The notes below the pieces were generated by a model that saw only the letters and a program-made list of their open reading frames with translations, ran no database searches and had not been told where the DNA came from. From Puniceicoccaceae bacterium (GTDB taxonomy: Bacteria > Verrucomicrobiota > Verrucomicrobiia > Opitutales > Oceanipulchritudinaceae), in assembly GCA_040830765.1 (NCBI GenBank), contig JBFOMH010000003.1:1-64000 (forward strand): a DNA stretch of 64,000 nucleotides, written 5' to 3'. Shown piece after piece: positions 50,302 through 61,144 of this stretch (its first letter is position 1; each line of letters begins with the position of its first letter). A program made the position numbers and the translations under genes.

Positions 50302-51075
50302 ATGAATATATACTACTACCTCTCCTTGATTCCGGAATCCCTGGTGGCCTCGATGCTGCCGCCGGAGGAATTCGGCAATTATTATGCCCTTGGATCGCAC
50401 AAGCGCTCCCGCGGCCAGGCGATCTTCTTCGAGATCGATCCGGAAAAGGCCGGAGACGCTGTCGACATGGAAACAGTGGCCGCCCGCTGCGTCCCGCACG
50501 AGGACGGCAGCCCCCGCAAGTCGACCTACTTGCGGATTTACCGTGCCCTGGAATCGGTTTCCACGGAAGCCCTGGGGCGTCTTTTCCTGACCACGGATGA
50601 CGGCCGGACATTGGCCCTGGAATCCAAGGATTATGAGCCGGAGACGGATCGGACCCCGCACCTCTATCAGGAGATTTGCCCTGTCAATCCCCGGGTCGTC
50701 AGCAAGCTGAATCCTTATGACTTCTGCAAGCGCCTGACCTCGCCGGGTTCCATTCATGTCCCCAGGATTGTCTTTGCCGAGATGAAGCTGGAGGAGCTGG
50801 CCGAGGATCCGGATGCCCCGAAGGTGGAAAACCTCCCCTACGCCAACCTGGATCACCTCCGTGATTGCCTCAAGGAACTGCGGCATACCTATGCCAAGCC
50901 GAACAAGACGGTCATCCGGCACATGAAGACCGACTTTCTATTCCGCACCATCCGTGGCGGATTCTACATCGGGGACCAGGAGTCATTCCTCTATTACCCG
51001 ATACCGAGCATGGAGGAACTGGAAACCGTTCATTACGCATGGTGGCGCTCAGCGCTATCCGGATACGGAGCCTGA
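50302..51075 (+). CDS. Hypothetical cytoplasmic protein with apparent two-fold internal repeat
   Basis: 257-aa ORF co-oriented and 33 bp upstream of hppA. Confidence 0.7.
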   Translation: MNIYYYLSLIPESLVASMLPPEEFGNYYALGSHKRSRGQAIFFEIDPEKAGDAVDMETVAARCVPHEDGSPRKSTYLRIYRALESVSTEALGRLFLTTDDGRTLALESKDYEPETDRTPHLYQEICPVNPRVVSKLNPYDFCKRLTSPGSIHVPRIVFAEMKLEELAEDPDAPKVENLPYANLDHLRDCLKELRHTYAKPNKTVIRHMKTDFLFRTIRGGFYIGDQESFLYYPIPSMEELETVHYAWWRSALSGYGA

Positions 51076-51108
51076 AGCTACCGTTAACCCCCAACCAGGA
51101 AAACAGTA

Positions 51109-53331
51109 ATGAACAACACATTATTCTGGATAACTCCAGCTGCCTCACTGGCTGCGCTCGGTTTCGCGCTCTTCTTTTTCCGCAACATGCTGAAAAGTTC
51201 CGAAGGGACGGAAACCATGGCCACGATCGCCCAGCATGTCCGCACCGGGGCCATGGCGTATTTAAAACAGCAATACAAAATTGTCGGGATATTCTTCATC
51301 CTGATATTCGCCATATTCGCTTATCTGGCTTATGTCCTGCACCTGCAGAACAACTGGGTGCCCTTCGCTTTCATCACCGGCGGATTCTTTTCCGGCCTGG
51401 CTGGATTCTTCGGCATGAAGACGGCCACCTATGCCTCCGCACGCGTCGCCAACGCCGCCCGCGAATCGCTCGACGGTGGCCTCAAGCTGGCCTTCCGCAG
51501 CGGGGCGGTGATGGGCCTCGTCGTCGTCGGCCTCGCCCTGCTCGACATTTCCATTTGGTTCCTCGTCCTTAACAAATGGGTCAGCGCAGCCACTCCGCAG
51601 GAAAAGATGACGATCATTACCACCACCATGCTGACCTTTGGCATGGGGGCCTCCCTGCAAGCCCTCTTTGCCCGGGTTGGGGGTGGTATCTTCACCAAGG
51701 CAGCCGATGTCGGTGCCGACCTCGTTGGCAAGGTGGAAGCCAGTATCCCCGAAGACGATCCCCGCAATGCGGCCACTATTGCTGACAATGTCGGCGACAA
51801 CGTGGGCGACGTTGCCGGTATGGGAGCCGACCTTTACGAATCCTATTGCGGCTCCATTCTCGCTACGGCCGCGCTCGGCGCGGCGGCTTACGCAAACGGG
51901 GATCCGGAACTGCAGTACAAGGCGGTCATCGCACCAATGATCATAGCTGGTATTGGTACGCTCCTCTCGATCATTGGCGTCTACATCGTGCGGACCAAAC
52001 CTGGGGCCCGTCAGCGTGAGCTAATGAGCTCCCTCGGCAAAGCCGTGAACCTCAGCTCGGTGTTGATTGTCATCGCCTCTCTCCTCGTCCTGAGAGCGCT
52101 CGGTGTTCCCAACTGGCTTGGCATCTGGGGCTCCATCGTGACCGGATTGGTTACGGGGATCGTGATCGGCAAGGCGACGGAATATTACACCAGCCACGAG
52201 TACTCCCCCACCCGCTCCATTTCCGAATCGGGAAAGACCGGTCCGGCCACCGTCATCATTTCCGGCATGGGAGTGGGCTTTATCTCCACTGTCATCCCGG
52301 TCTTGGCGGTTGTCACCGGAACCACGCTCGCCTTCTGTTTCGCGGCCGGTGACTGGCATTTCACCACCACCTCGATTAGCCAGGGACTTTACGGAATTGG
52401 CATCGCTGCCGTCGGTATGCTCTCCACCCTGGGGTTGACGCTGGCCACGGATGCCTATGGTCCCATTGCGGACAACGCGGGCGGCAATGCGGAGATGAGT
52501 GGACTGGGGCCGGAAGTACGCGCCCGCACGGACGCCCTCGACGCCCTCGGCAATACAACCGCTGCTACCGGCAAGGGTTTTGCCATCGGTTCCGCCGCCC
52601 TGACCGCCCTTGCTCTCCTCGCCTCTTACATCGAGGAACTGAAAATCGGGCTCATCCACATCCTGCAAAAGGGACAGTCCTTTACCTTCCCCAATGGTAT
52701 CGAATTAACGGATACAGCAAGTGTCCGTGAACTCGACCTGATGCAGTTCATGGATTACTTCGAGGTTACCCTGATGAATCCAAAGGTCCTTATCGGCATT
52801 TTCATCGGTGCCATGATGGCCTTCCTGTTCTGCGGCCTGACCATGAACGCGGTTGGCCGGGCAGCCCAGAAAATGGTCGAGGAGGTACGCCGCCAGTTCC
52901 GCGAAATTGATGGCATCCTGACGGGCAGGGCGGAACCGGATTACGCCCGCTGCGTCGAGATCTCCACCATGGGTGCCCAGCGGGAAATGATCCTGCCCTC
53001 GATGGTGGCGGTACTGGTGCCCGTCATTGTCGGTCTTGTCTTCGGTGTCCCGGGAGTCTTCGGCCTTCTTGCCGGCGGCCTCTCAAGCGGCTTCGTACTG
53101 GCCGTCTTCATGGCCAATTCCGGGGGCGCCTGGGATAATGCCAAGAAGTACGTCGAGGAGGGTCACCTCGGCGGCAAGGGCGGTGACACGCACAAGGCAA
53201 CCGTCATCGGCGATACCGTAGGCGATCCCTTCAAGGATACCTCCGGCCCATCCCTGAACATCCTCATCAAGTTGATGAGCATGGTCTCCATTGTCATGGC
53301 CGGCGTCACCGTCGCCTTCAGTATATTCTAA
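51109..53331 (+). CDS. hppA: K+-dependent membrane-integral pyrophosphatase (probable Na+,H+ type)
   Basis: [54 protein letters not shown]. Confidence 0.95.
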   Translation: MNNTLFWITPAASLAALGFALFFFRNMLKSSEGTETMATIAQHVRTGAMAYLKQQYKIVGIFFILIFAIFAYLAYVLHLQNNWVPFAFITGGFFSGLAGFFGMKTATYASARVANAARESLDGGLKLAFRSGAVMGLVVVGLALLDISIWFLVLNKWVSAATPQEKMTIITTTMLTFGMGASLQALFARVGGGIFTKAADVGADLVGKVEASIPEDDPRNAATIADNVGDNVGDVAGMGADLYESYCGSILATAALGAAAYANGDPELQYKAVIAPMIIAGIGTLLSIIGVYIVRTKPGARQRELMSSLGKAVNLSSVLIVIASLLVLRALGVPNWLGIWGSIVTGLVTGIVIGKATEYYTSHEYSPTRSISESGKTGPATVIISGMGVGFISTVIPVLAVVTGTTLAFCFAAGDWHFTTTSISQGLYGIGIAAVGMLSTLGLTLATDAYGPIADNAGGNAEMSGLGPEVRARTDALDALGNTTAATGKGFAIGSAALTALALLASYIEELKIGLIHILQKGQSFTFPNGIELTDTASVRELDLMQFMDYFEVTLMNPKVLIGIFIGAMMAFLFCGLTMNAVGRAAQKMVEEVRRQFREIDGILTGRAEPDYARCVEISTMGAQREMILPSMVAVLVPVIVGLVFGVPGVFGLLAGGLSSGFVLAVFMANSGGAWDNAKKYVEEGHLGGKGGDTHKATVIGDTVGDPFKDTSGPSLNILIKLMSMVSIVMAGVTVAFSIF

Positions 53332-54597
53332 TCAGACTTCCAACAACTCGAGATTGAGAGCCTTGGCGTATTCCGGCAGGGTTTCCATCGAAACGGGAAG
53401 CGTTCCATTGAGGCGGTCGACAAAACCGCTCATGAATGGATCCGTTGCTGCCGTTGCTCCGAGGTTCAGGTCCAGTCCAAGCAACTTGCGCCATTCGGCC
53501 TCGCGCCCTTTGCCGTAGTTGCTCAGGGCGGAAGCGTCCGCCTTGCCCTCGATCTGGTCGGCAAGGATATTGCCCAGCATTTCCCCTTCGTGGATGCCGA
53601 TATTCATGCTCTGCATGCCGATGGGACCCGTCAGGTGACTGGCATCGCCGGTCAGCCAGACCCGGTTATTGCCAAAGCTTTCCGCCAGCCGTTTCTCAAA
53701 GCGGACAATCATGCGCCACCGGAAAGGTCCAATGGACCCATCAAACCATGGGGCCCGCTGCTTGATCATCTCGGAGAGCATGCTCGACTCAAGGACACGG
53801 TATCCCTGGTTGCCTACCTGCATGAACAACCGGTCCTTGTCCCGGGAATATTGTTCAGCCGCTGATTCGCCAATTTCGAATCCCCAGCGGTAGTAACCAC
53901 CCGGAAGGGGCCAAAGGACGCTGGTTCCTTCTTCCCCGAAGATGATCCGGACCTCATTGGCATGGTCGTAATTGGACTTGAACTCAAAAACGGCAAAACT
54001 CTGTGTCGGGGCGACCTTCGGAAACTCGATGCCCAGTCGCCGGCGTACCATTGAGAAATGGCCGTCCGCACCGACAACGTAATCCGCGGTCCGTGCAACT
54101 TCCTTGTCGACCTGCCATTCCAAACGAGCCATGGCATAGCCGCTCATGCCCTCGACCAACCGCTCCAACTCGACCTCGACGCCATCCGCGCCCTGCTTGA
54201 GACCCGCCAGCCGGTGGTTCCAGCTGATGTTGACTGAGGCGGCTTCCAGCGGTTCGATTAAGGCAGTTTCCAGATGGTCCTGTCCGACCACCCACAATCC
54301 TTCCTCCTGACCCGGAATCGTGGTCAGGTCGAGGGTGAATCTTGGTTCCGAGTTGTCGCAATAGACGATCTTCTTCACCAGCAGGGAGTTTTCCTCCAGT
54401 TTGCCCGCAACTCCCCATTCCCTGAGCTTCCCGTGGGAATCAGGGTGGAGTGCGAGGGCATAACTGTGGGTTCCAGGTCGGTCGTCGCGCTCTATTAGTT
54501 CAATCGGAACGTTTCTCCTGTGAAGAGCCAGGGCCGTCGCCAATCCGGCAGGCCCTGCCCCGACGATCAGGACTTTGGGGCTCGTTTTCCCTCTCAT
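53332..54597 (-). CDS. FAD-dependent monooxygenase
   Basis: GAGPAG, VGADG, GDASH..P..MNIG. Confidence 0.88.
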   Translation of the reverse strand: MRGKTSPKVLIVGAGPAGLATALALHRRNVPIELIERDDRPGTHSYALALHPDSHGKLREWGVAGKLEENSLLVKKIVYCDNSEPRFTLDLTTIPGQEEGLWVVGQDHLETALIEPLEAASVNISWNHRLAGLKQGADGVEVELERLVEGMSGYAMARLEWQVDKEVARTADYVVGADGHFSMVRRRLGIEFPKVAPTQSFAVFEFKSNYDHANEVRIIFGEEGTSVLWPLPGGYYRWGFEIGESAAEQYSRDKDRLFMQVGNQGYRVLESSMLSEMIKQRAPWFDGSIGPFRWRMIVRFEKRLAESFGNNRVWLTGDASHLTGPIGMQSMNIGIHEGEMLGNILADQIEGKADASALSNYGKGREAEWRKLLGLDLNLGATAATDPFMSGFVDRLNGTLPVSMETLPEYAKALNLELLEV

Positions 54598-54724
54598 TAC
54601 ATTTAATGGTAATCAATGCGTCCACTCGGTCAATGGAATTCACTTCTGTAAAAATTCCTGAGTTGGCGAATCCGGCCCAAATTATTTTGCATCCCGGGTC
54701 AGCATTTCAGATAATTACCGTCCC

Positions 54725-55306
54725 ATGGCACTGGACGAACAGCTTCACCTATCTGTCCACCTGACCCTTCCAGACTGGATCCGGGAGTATAATTCCCTGT
54801 TAGACGAGCCTTTCAACTCGGATGAAGACAAAATGGATCTGGCCATTCGGCTTGCCTCGCGAAATGTCCGCGAAGGCACGGGCGGCCCGTTCGGGGCAGC
54901 TATATTTGAAACCGACAGCGGCCGGGTCATCTCAGTCGGGGTCAACCGGGTAGTCCCCTTGAACAATTCCACGGCCCATGCCGAAATGATGGCCTTTATG
55001 CTGGCGCAGAAACGCCTCCGGAGCTTTCGCCTCGACGCGACCCGACATCATTTCGTCCTTGCTACCAGTGCCCAGCCCTGCGCCATGTGCTACGGGGCCT
55101 GCCCTTGGGCGGGTATCGACCGTCTGATCATCGGAGCCCGACGGGAAGATGTGGAAAGCCTGACCGAGTTTGACGAAGGACCCATGCCCCGTGACTGGAT
55201 TGAAGGCCTCAATCGCCGGGGAATCCATGTAACCCAGGATGTCCTCCGCAAGGAAGCCTGCTCCGTTTTCAGGGACTATCAAAGGTCCCGGGGAGAGACC
55301 TACTGA
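54725..55306 (+). CDS. Zn-dependent nucleoside/nucleobase deaminase
   Basis: GGPFGA, AHAE, PCAMC. Confidence 0.9.
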   Translation: MALDEQLHLSVHLTLPDWIREYNSLLDEPFNSDEDKMDLAIRLASRNVREGTGGPFGAAIFETDSGRVISVGVNRVVPLNNSTAHAEMMAFMLAQKRLRSFRLDATRHHFVLATSAQPCAMCYGACPWAGIDRLIIGARREDVESLTEFDEGPMPRDWIEGLNRRGIHVTQDVLRKEACSVFRDYQRSRGETY

Positions 55307-55318
55307 ATTTGAGTCCGC

Positions 55319-55729
<411 letters not shown>

Positions 55730-55780
55730 GGGTAATATTCCTAAGGGGAACTAAAAAGTGTGCTGTCCAGCAGGGGTGGG

Positions 55781-57397
55781 TCAAGCTTTGGTTGGCGGGC
55801 GCCCGATAAATATCTGCAAGACCAGCAGTGAACCGAAGAAGATTGCCCCCGAAAGAATGGCACCGATGAGCGATCCCCCACTCCATCCAGCCGGCATAAA
55901 GCCCAGCACGGCCGCACCCAGAGCGGCTAAAGCGGCATACGGCAGTTGCGTTCGCACATGGTCCATCGGGTCCAGGTCACAGGCAATCGAGGAGACAATG
56001 GTCGTGTCGCTGATGGGGGAACAGTGGTCCCCGAAGACGGCACCGCTGAAGACGGCGCCAATGACCATGGGGACAAGCTGCAATCCGGCTTCGGTCTCTC
56101 CGGCAACGGCAAAGGCCAGGGGGATGGCCAGTGGCATCAGAAGCCCCATGGTGCCCCAGGAGGTTCCGGTGGTAAAGGCCACCAGGCTGCCGGTCAGGAA
56201 AACAGCCACCGGAAACAGCTCCTCTGGAATGCGCCCTCCCAGCATCTCCCCAAGATAGGCGGCCGCCTCAAGCTCCTTTAAAGTACTGCTGAGCATCCAG
56301 GCCATGATCAGGATCAGGACGGGCTGGAACAACTGGATCATTCCCTCCATGAAAATACCCCCCCGGGAATTTTCTCCCGTTGAGGCCGCTTTCGGGAAAA
56401 AGAGCCAGGCCAAAAAGGCCCCGGTGGCACTCCCGACAATCAGGATGGCGGGGACATTGGCCTCGGAAAACGACAAGGCCAGCTTGTCCAGGGTGAAGGG
56501 GAAAAGAGCTTCGCCCATTCGCTTGGTCCCGTCGGTATAAATCCCGGCAAAAATAATCACCAGCAGGGCCGCCACCGGGATCCAGGCTCGCCACAAGCCC
56601 TCCGGGGCAACGGGCAAGCCGCTCTCCATCGGCGCCTCCCCTCCCCCGGATTCCGCTTTGTAGCTGGCCATCGGCCCGAAGTTCCATTGCCGCCAGATCG
56701 CCACCACCATCAGGATAAGGGCAAACCAGGCATAGTAATTGTGTGGCAGGCTGGCAAAGAACTGCCGGTAGGGATCGGACAGGGCCTCCTGTCCGGCCAG
56801 GGCAAAGCCCTCGCGGATCATCGCCAGTTGGTAGGCGATCCAGGTCGAAATAAAGGCCAGGCAGGCAACTGCCGCACTCGTGGTATCGACAATGTAGGCC
56901 AGCCGAACCTTGCTCACTCCTGCAGACCGGGCCAGCGGCTGGAAAATCCGGCCCACCATGAGGCTGTTGGCCAGGCCGTCAAAAAAGCAGATCAGGCCAA
57001 AGGCCCCCGCTCCTGCCTCCACCTTGCGGCGGGACTGGCCATGGAGCAGGCGAATCAACAGCGCCTGCAGGATACCTCCCTTCTCCAGCAGGTGGACAAA
57101 GCCCCCCAGGAGAAGGGTGAAGACGATTGCGCCGGATTTCCACGGGCTGCTGAAATTGGGCAGGAGGTGGTTTTCCACCAGTTGCATCGGGACCGCCCAG
57201 AGCCGGCCATCGGCCAGCAATATAGCTCCCACCAGCGCACCTCCCAGCAAGCCGGCAAGCACATTGCGGGTCGTGAACACCAGCAGCAGGGCAGCAACGC
57301 TCGGCCAGATGGCACCAAAGGCCAGGCCTGTCCACTCGATTAGGGCGGTGACAACAGCCACTGCTCCAACTAATCCCATGAGGCGCGTTCCCTTCAT
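55781..57397 (-). CDS. NhaC-family Na+/H+ antiporter-like transporter
   Basis: FFDGLAN, LAYIVDTT, GTSWGTM, GDHCSPISDTT, HVRTQLPYA. Confidence 0.88.
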   Translation of the reverse strand: MKGTRLMGLVGAVAVVTALIEWTGLAFGAIWPSVAALLLVFTTRNVLAGLLGGALVGAILLADGRLWAVPMQLVENHLLPNFSSPWKSGAIVFTLLLGGFVHLLEKGGILQALLIRLLHGQSRRKVEAGAGAFGLICFFDGLANSLMVGRIFQPLARSAGVSKVRLAYIVDTTSAAVACLAFISTWIAYQLAMIREGFALAGQEALSDPYRQFFASLPHNYYAWFALILMVVAIWRQWNFGPMASYKAESGGGEAPMESGLPVAPEGLWRAWIPVAALLVIIFAGIYTDGTKRMGEALFPFTLDKLALSFSEANVPAILIVGSATGAFLAWLFFPKAASTGENSRGGIFMEGMIQLFQPVLILIMAWMLSSTLKELEAAAYLGEMLGGRIPEELFPVAVFLTGSLVAFTTGTSWGTMGLLMPLAIPLAFAVAGETEAGLQLVPMVIGAVFSGAVFGDHCSPISDTTIVSSIACDLDPMDHVRTQLPYAALAALGAAVLGFMPAGWSGGSLIGAILSGAIFFGSLLVLQIFIGRPPTKA

Positions 57398-57494
57398 CCT
57401 GCAGGAGAATGGGTGGATGTCGGTGCCCAATCAAGTTTCCATTTTGGTTCCAACGGTTGCAACTTCTCCCGGACCTGTTTGAGTTCTCCCACAA

Positions 57495-58610
57495 ATGCGT
57501 TTCTCCCCTGCAAAGCCCTCCCTTTACGGCATGACTCCCGAGGACCTCAGCGAGGTCCTGCGTGAAGGAGGATTCCCGGCTTTCCGCGTCAAGCAGATCC
57601 TCGGGTGGCTCTACCAGCAGCGCGCGATTAACTTCGGGGAAATGAAAAACCTTCCCAAGGAACTGCTTTCATGGCTCCAGGAACGGTATTGCGTCAGCCC
57701 CAATTCCGTCCTCCTGGTCAAGCGGGCCAGTGATGTTACGGAAAAGCTTCTCATCCAGGGCGAGGACCAGTCGCTGGTGGAGACGGTCCTCATCCGCTAT
57801 CCGCAGCGCGGGGTCGGGAACGACTCCTCCCGCAAGACCATTTGTGTCTCTTCCCAAGTGGGCTGCGCCTACGGATGCAAGTTCTGCGCCTCCGGACTGG
57901 CCGGCTGGAAACGGGACCTTACGGCAGCGGAGATCGTTTCCCAGTTCATCCACGTCTCCCGCTTGGAAGCGGAGCGCGATGGCGACAGTGCCGATCGCAA
58001 CGTACCCCTCGACAATATCGTCTTCATGGGCATGGGCGAACCCCTGGCCAATTACGACAACCTCGTCGCCGCCATCCACACCCTCAACGCGCCGTGGGGC
58101 CTCCACTTCGGCGCCCGCCGCATCACCATTTCCACCTCCGGACTGGTTCCCCAAATCCGCAAGCTGGCCGACGAACCGGTCCAGTTCCGTCTCGCCCTCA
58201 GTCTCCATGGCGCCACCAACGCCGTCCGCGAACAGATCATGCCCATCAACAAGCGCTATCCGCTCGAGGAATTGATCCCCGCGGTCGAGGCCTTCTCCCG
58301 CAAAAAGGGCCGCATGCTGACCCTCGAGTTTATTCTCATCGAGGACGTCAATGACTCCTTCGACCAGGCCCGTGAACTGGCCACCATCGCCAACCGCCTC
58401 CACGCCCACGTCAACCTCATCCCCTACAACCGGGTCGAGGGCCTTCCCTGGAAGCGTCCCAATATCAAGCGCCAACAGGCCTTTGCCCAGATTCTCAAGG
58501 CCGCCCGAGTCTCCCACACCATCCGCAAGGAAAAGGGCCACGACATCGACGCCGCCTGCGGCCAGCTCCGCCTCCAGACCGAGCGCGACCGTGCCGCCGG
58601 GAAGGATTGA
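57495..58610 (+). CDS. rlmN: 23S rRNA m2A2503 methyltransferase (radical SAM)
   Basis: CVSSQVGCAYGCKFC, FMGMGEP, ISTSG, VNLIPYN, DIDAACGQL. Confidence 0.95.
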   Translation: MRFSPAKPSLYGMTPEDLSEVLREGGFPAFRVKQILGWLYQQRAINFGEMKNLPKELLSWLQERYCVSPNSVLLVKRASDVTEKLLIQGEDQSLVETVLIRYPQRGVGNDSSRKTICVSSQVGCAYGCKFCASGLAGWKRDLTAAEIVSQFIHVSRLEAERDGDSADRNVPLDNIVFMGMGEPLANYDNLVAAIHTLNAPWGLHFGARRITISTSGLVPQIRKLADEPVQFRLALSLHGATNAVREQIMPINKRYPLEELIPAVEAFSRKKGRMLTLEFILIEDVNDSFDQARELATIANRLHAHVNLIPYNRVEGLPWKRPNIKRQQAFAQILKAARVSHTIRKEKGHDIDAACGQLRLQTERDRAAGKD

Positions 58611-58661
58611 TCCCCTCGTCCGTTTTTCTCCTTTACACCCAACCCATCATCCTATCATGAT

Positions 58662-59549
58662 TTGATGATGCTTAAAAATCGGCCAATTGGGGAATTGCTG
58701 GCACGGAGTGGACCGGTCATCTCGGTGGAGTTCTTTCCGCCGAAGGATGACACGGGCGGGGAACAGATCGTCGAGACGGCCCGGGCGATCCGGGAGCAGG
58801 TGAATCCCGACTTCGTTTCCATCACCTATGGGGCCGGGGGAACCACCCGGGAACGGACTTTCCGCTATGCCAGCATCCTCAAGGACGAATATGGCTTTGA
58901 AGTGATGCCACACCTGACCTGTGTCGGTTCCAGCAAGGAAGAACTGGTGGATATCATCAAGGGCTACCAGGAGGTGGGCTTCTGCAACATCATGGCATTG
59001 CGGGGCGATCCGCCCAAGGGCGAAAGCACCTTCACCCCGCATCCCGAGGGCCTTCCCCATGCCCAGGATCTGGTCCGGCTGATCCGGGGGGAATTTTCTG
59101 GCTTCAGCATTGGCGTGGCTGGCTATCCAGAGGTCCATCCGGAAGCCCCTTCGGCGGAACGGGATCTCCATTATCTCAAGGAGAAAGTCGACGCTGGCGC
59201 GTCCTTCATCACGACCCAGCTTTTCTACGACAACCGGAATTTCCTTTCCTTTGTCGAGCGCTGCCGGAATGCCGGCATCAAGGTTCCGGTCATCCCCGGC
59301 CTGATGCCGATTCGCTCAGCAAAGCAGGCCAGCCGTTTTTGCCGCGACATCCCGGAGGAGCTGGCAAGTGCGCTGGAAAAGGCGGGCGATGACAAAGCGG
59401 CAATTCGGGAGACGGCCATCGACTGGACCTACGGTCAAATCGTTGATCTGATGGACCATGATGTGAAGGCCTTTCACCTCTACATCATGAACCGCAGCGG
59501 GATGGCGGTTGAGGTTATCAAGCGCCTCCGGGAAGCCGGACGTCTCTAG
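58662..59549 (+). CDS. metF: Methylenetetrahydrofolate reductase
   Basis: SVEFFPPK, ITYGAGG, HLTC, ALRGDPP, AGYPE, ITQLF. Confidence 0.95.
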   Translation: MMMLKNRPIGELLARSGPVISVEFFPPKDDTGGEQIVETARAIREQVNPDFVSITYGAGGTTRERTFRYASILKDEYGFEVMPHLTCVGSSKEELVDIIKGYQEVGFCNIMALRGDPPKGESTFTPHPEGLPHAQDLVRLIRGEFSGFSIGVAGYPEVHPEAPSAERDLHYLKEKVDAGASFITTQLFYDNRNFLSFVERCRNAGIKVPVIPGLMPIRSAKQASRFCRDIPEELASALEKAGDDKAAIRETAIDWTYGQIVDLMDHDVKAFHLYIMNRSGMAVEVIKRLREAGRL

Positions 59550-59552
59550 CTT

Positions 59553-60029
59553 TTAATCGTCCTTGCTCCAGAACTTCCACCACTTGCGCCGCTTCTCCTT
59601 GGCAGTGTCGGAAGCGTTTTCCAGGTCCTTCTGGGGTTGCTCGGCTTTCTTCTCGGCTTGTTTGGCCAATCCCGGCGGCATGTCGCCCTTCTCAGCCTTC
59701 TGGGCCTTTACCTTCGCTTCCTTCCCGGCTCTTTCTTCTGCCTCTTCCCGGGCCTTCTCACGAGCCTCTTCAGCTTTCTCGCGGGCCTTTTCAGCTTCTT
59801 CTTCGGCCTTTTCCCTGGCTTCTTCAGCAGCTTCAGCAGCATCCCTGTCTACCTCGGTGGCCGGTTTTGCTTTCTTGCCGGCCTTTTGTGCATGCTCAGC
59901 CACATCCTCGTGGACCGACTCGCCCATTTCCGCGCGGGCCTTGCCGGGTCCCTTCCCTTCCGGAGGGGCTGCCTGAATCAGGCTGGTGCAAATGAGGGCA
60001 GATAGAAAAATGAGTGCTTTAGATTTCAT
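59553..60029 (-). CDS. Exported low-complexity Ala/Glu/Lys-rich protein
   Basis: Signal peptide IQA|A; repeated (E/K)AREKAEE; PPGLAK; basic-aromatic C-terminus KWWKFW. Confidence 0.7.
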   Translation of the reverse strand: MKSKALIFLSALICTSLIQAAPPEGKGPGKARAEMGESVHEDVAEHAQKAGKKAKPATEVDRDAAEAAEEAREKAEEEAEKAREKAEEAREKAREEAEERAGKEAKVKAQKAEKGDMPPGLAKQAEKKAEQPQKDLENASDTAKEKRRKWWKFWSKDD

Positions 60030-60086
60030 AACCCGCCCAGTCTGTCGAAAGACGCTTACCCTGTCGACAGTCAACTTGCGGCACCT

Positions 60087-61067
60087 TCACTTCCTCGGAT
60101 GAAACTTCTCATGCGCCTCGACGAGTCGTTTGCGGTCGACCCGGGTATAGATCTCAGTGGTTCCGATATCGGCATGGCCCAGCATTTCCTGGATGGCACG
60201 CAGGTCCGCCCCGTTGGAGAGGAGATGGGTGGCGAAGGAATGCCTAAGGAGGTGCGGCTTGACCGGTTTCTTAATCCCTGCCCTCTGGGCGTATTCCTTG
60301 ATCCAATACCAAATCGTCTTGCGGGAAAGGGCTGTCCCGCGGTTGCTCAGGAAAAGGGCACTCCCGGTCTTGGGACGCACCATGGAAGGACGTGCGTTGT
60401 GCAGGTAGCGCTGAATCGCTTCCCCTGCCTGACGCCCCACCGGGACGAGGCGGTCCTTGCCCCGCTTGCCTGCCTCGACGCGTAAGAAGCCATCTTCCAG
60501 ATCGAGGTCCTGCAGGGACAGTTGGCACAGCTCCGTTACCCGCAGGCCACTGCTGTACATCAGCTCAAGAAAGGCACGGTCCCGCAATCCCTGGGCGGAA
60601 TGGCGACTGGGCGCATCTAGGAGGGCATCAACCTCCTCCGGCGAAAGCGTATCTGGCAGTTGACGGGCCAGTTTCGGCCCGCTGACCAGCTCGGTAAAGT
60701 CACTGCCAATCACCTTTTCCGCCAGCAGGAAACGGGCGCAATGTTTGATGGCGCTCAGCTTGCGGGCCAGGGAAGCCGCAGAGTAGTCAGCCCCGTCGAG
60801 CGACTGCAACCAGGCCGAGATATCCTCACCAGCCACGGATTCCCAACCCGACTTCTTCCGTTTTGTAGCGATAAACTGGGCACACTGGCAAAGGTCCCGC
60901 TGGTACCCCTCGACGGTATGCCGCGAGTGTCCCTTTTCCAGCTCGATAAAGACCCCGAAGGCATCAAGCCCATCCGCCAGTCCGGGCGGCAGACTATCAA
61001 TGGCTGAATCAATGGATTCGCTCCATCGCCGCTGCTTCTTCAGGGACATGCTTCGATTAGAGGACAT
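60087..61067 (-). CDS. xerD: Tyrosine recombinase XerD
   Basis: RDRAFLELMYSSGLRVTEL, PHLLRHSFATHLL.GADLRAIQEMLGHADI.TTEIYT. Confidence 0.88.
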   Translation of the reverse strand: MSSNRSMSLKKQRRWSESIDSAIDSLPPGLADGLDAFGVFIELEKGHSRHTVEGYQRDLCQCAQFIATKRKKSGWESVAGEDISAWLQSLDGADYSAASLARKLSAIKHCARFLLAEKVIGSDFTELVSGPKLARQLPDTLSPEEVDALLDAPSRHSAQGLRDRAFLELMYSSGLRVTELCQLSLQDLDLEDGFLRVEAGKRGKDRLVPVGRQAGEAIQRYLHNARPSMVRPKTGSALFLSNRGTALSRKTIWYWIKEYAQRAGIKKPVKPHLLRHSFATHLLSNGADLRAIQEMLGHADIGTTEIYTRVDRKRLVEAHEKFHPRK

Positions 61068-61144
61068 AGGGGGCCCTGCAGCAACCCGAAACAGCCTCAG
61101 GGTTTGCCTTGAAACGTGACTTCAGATGCTATTTCCTGTCCAAA

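Noticed and set aside
60087..61067. Integrase of a prophage or island
   Set aside because: Sequence fits housekeeping XerD; flanked by core genes with no att repeats or phage genes seen.
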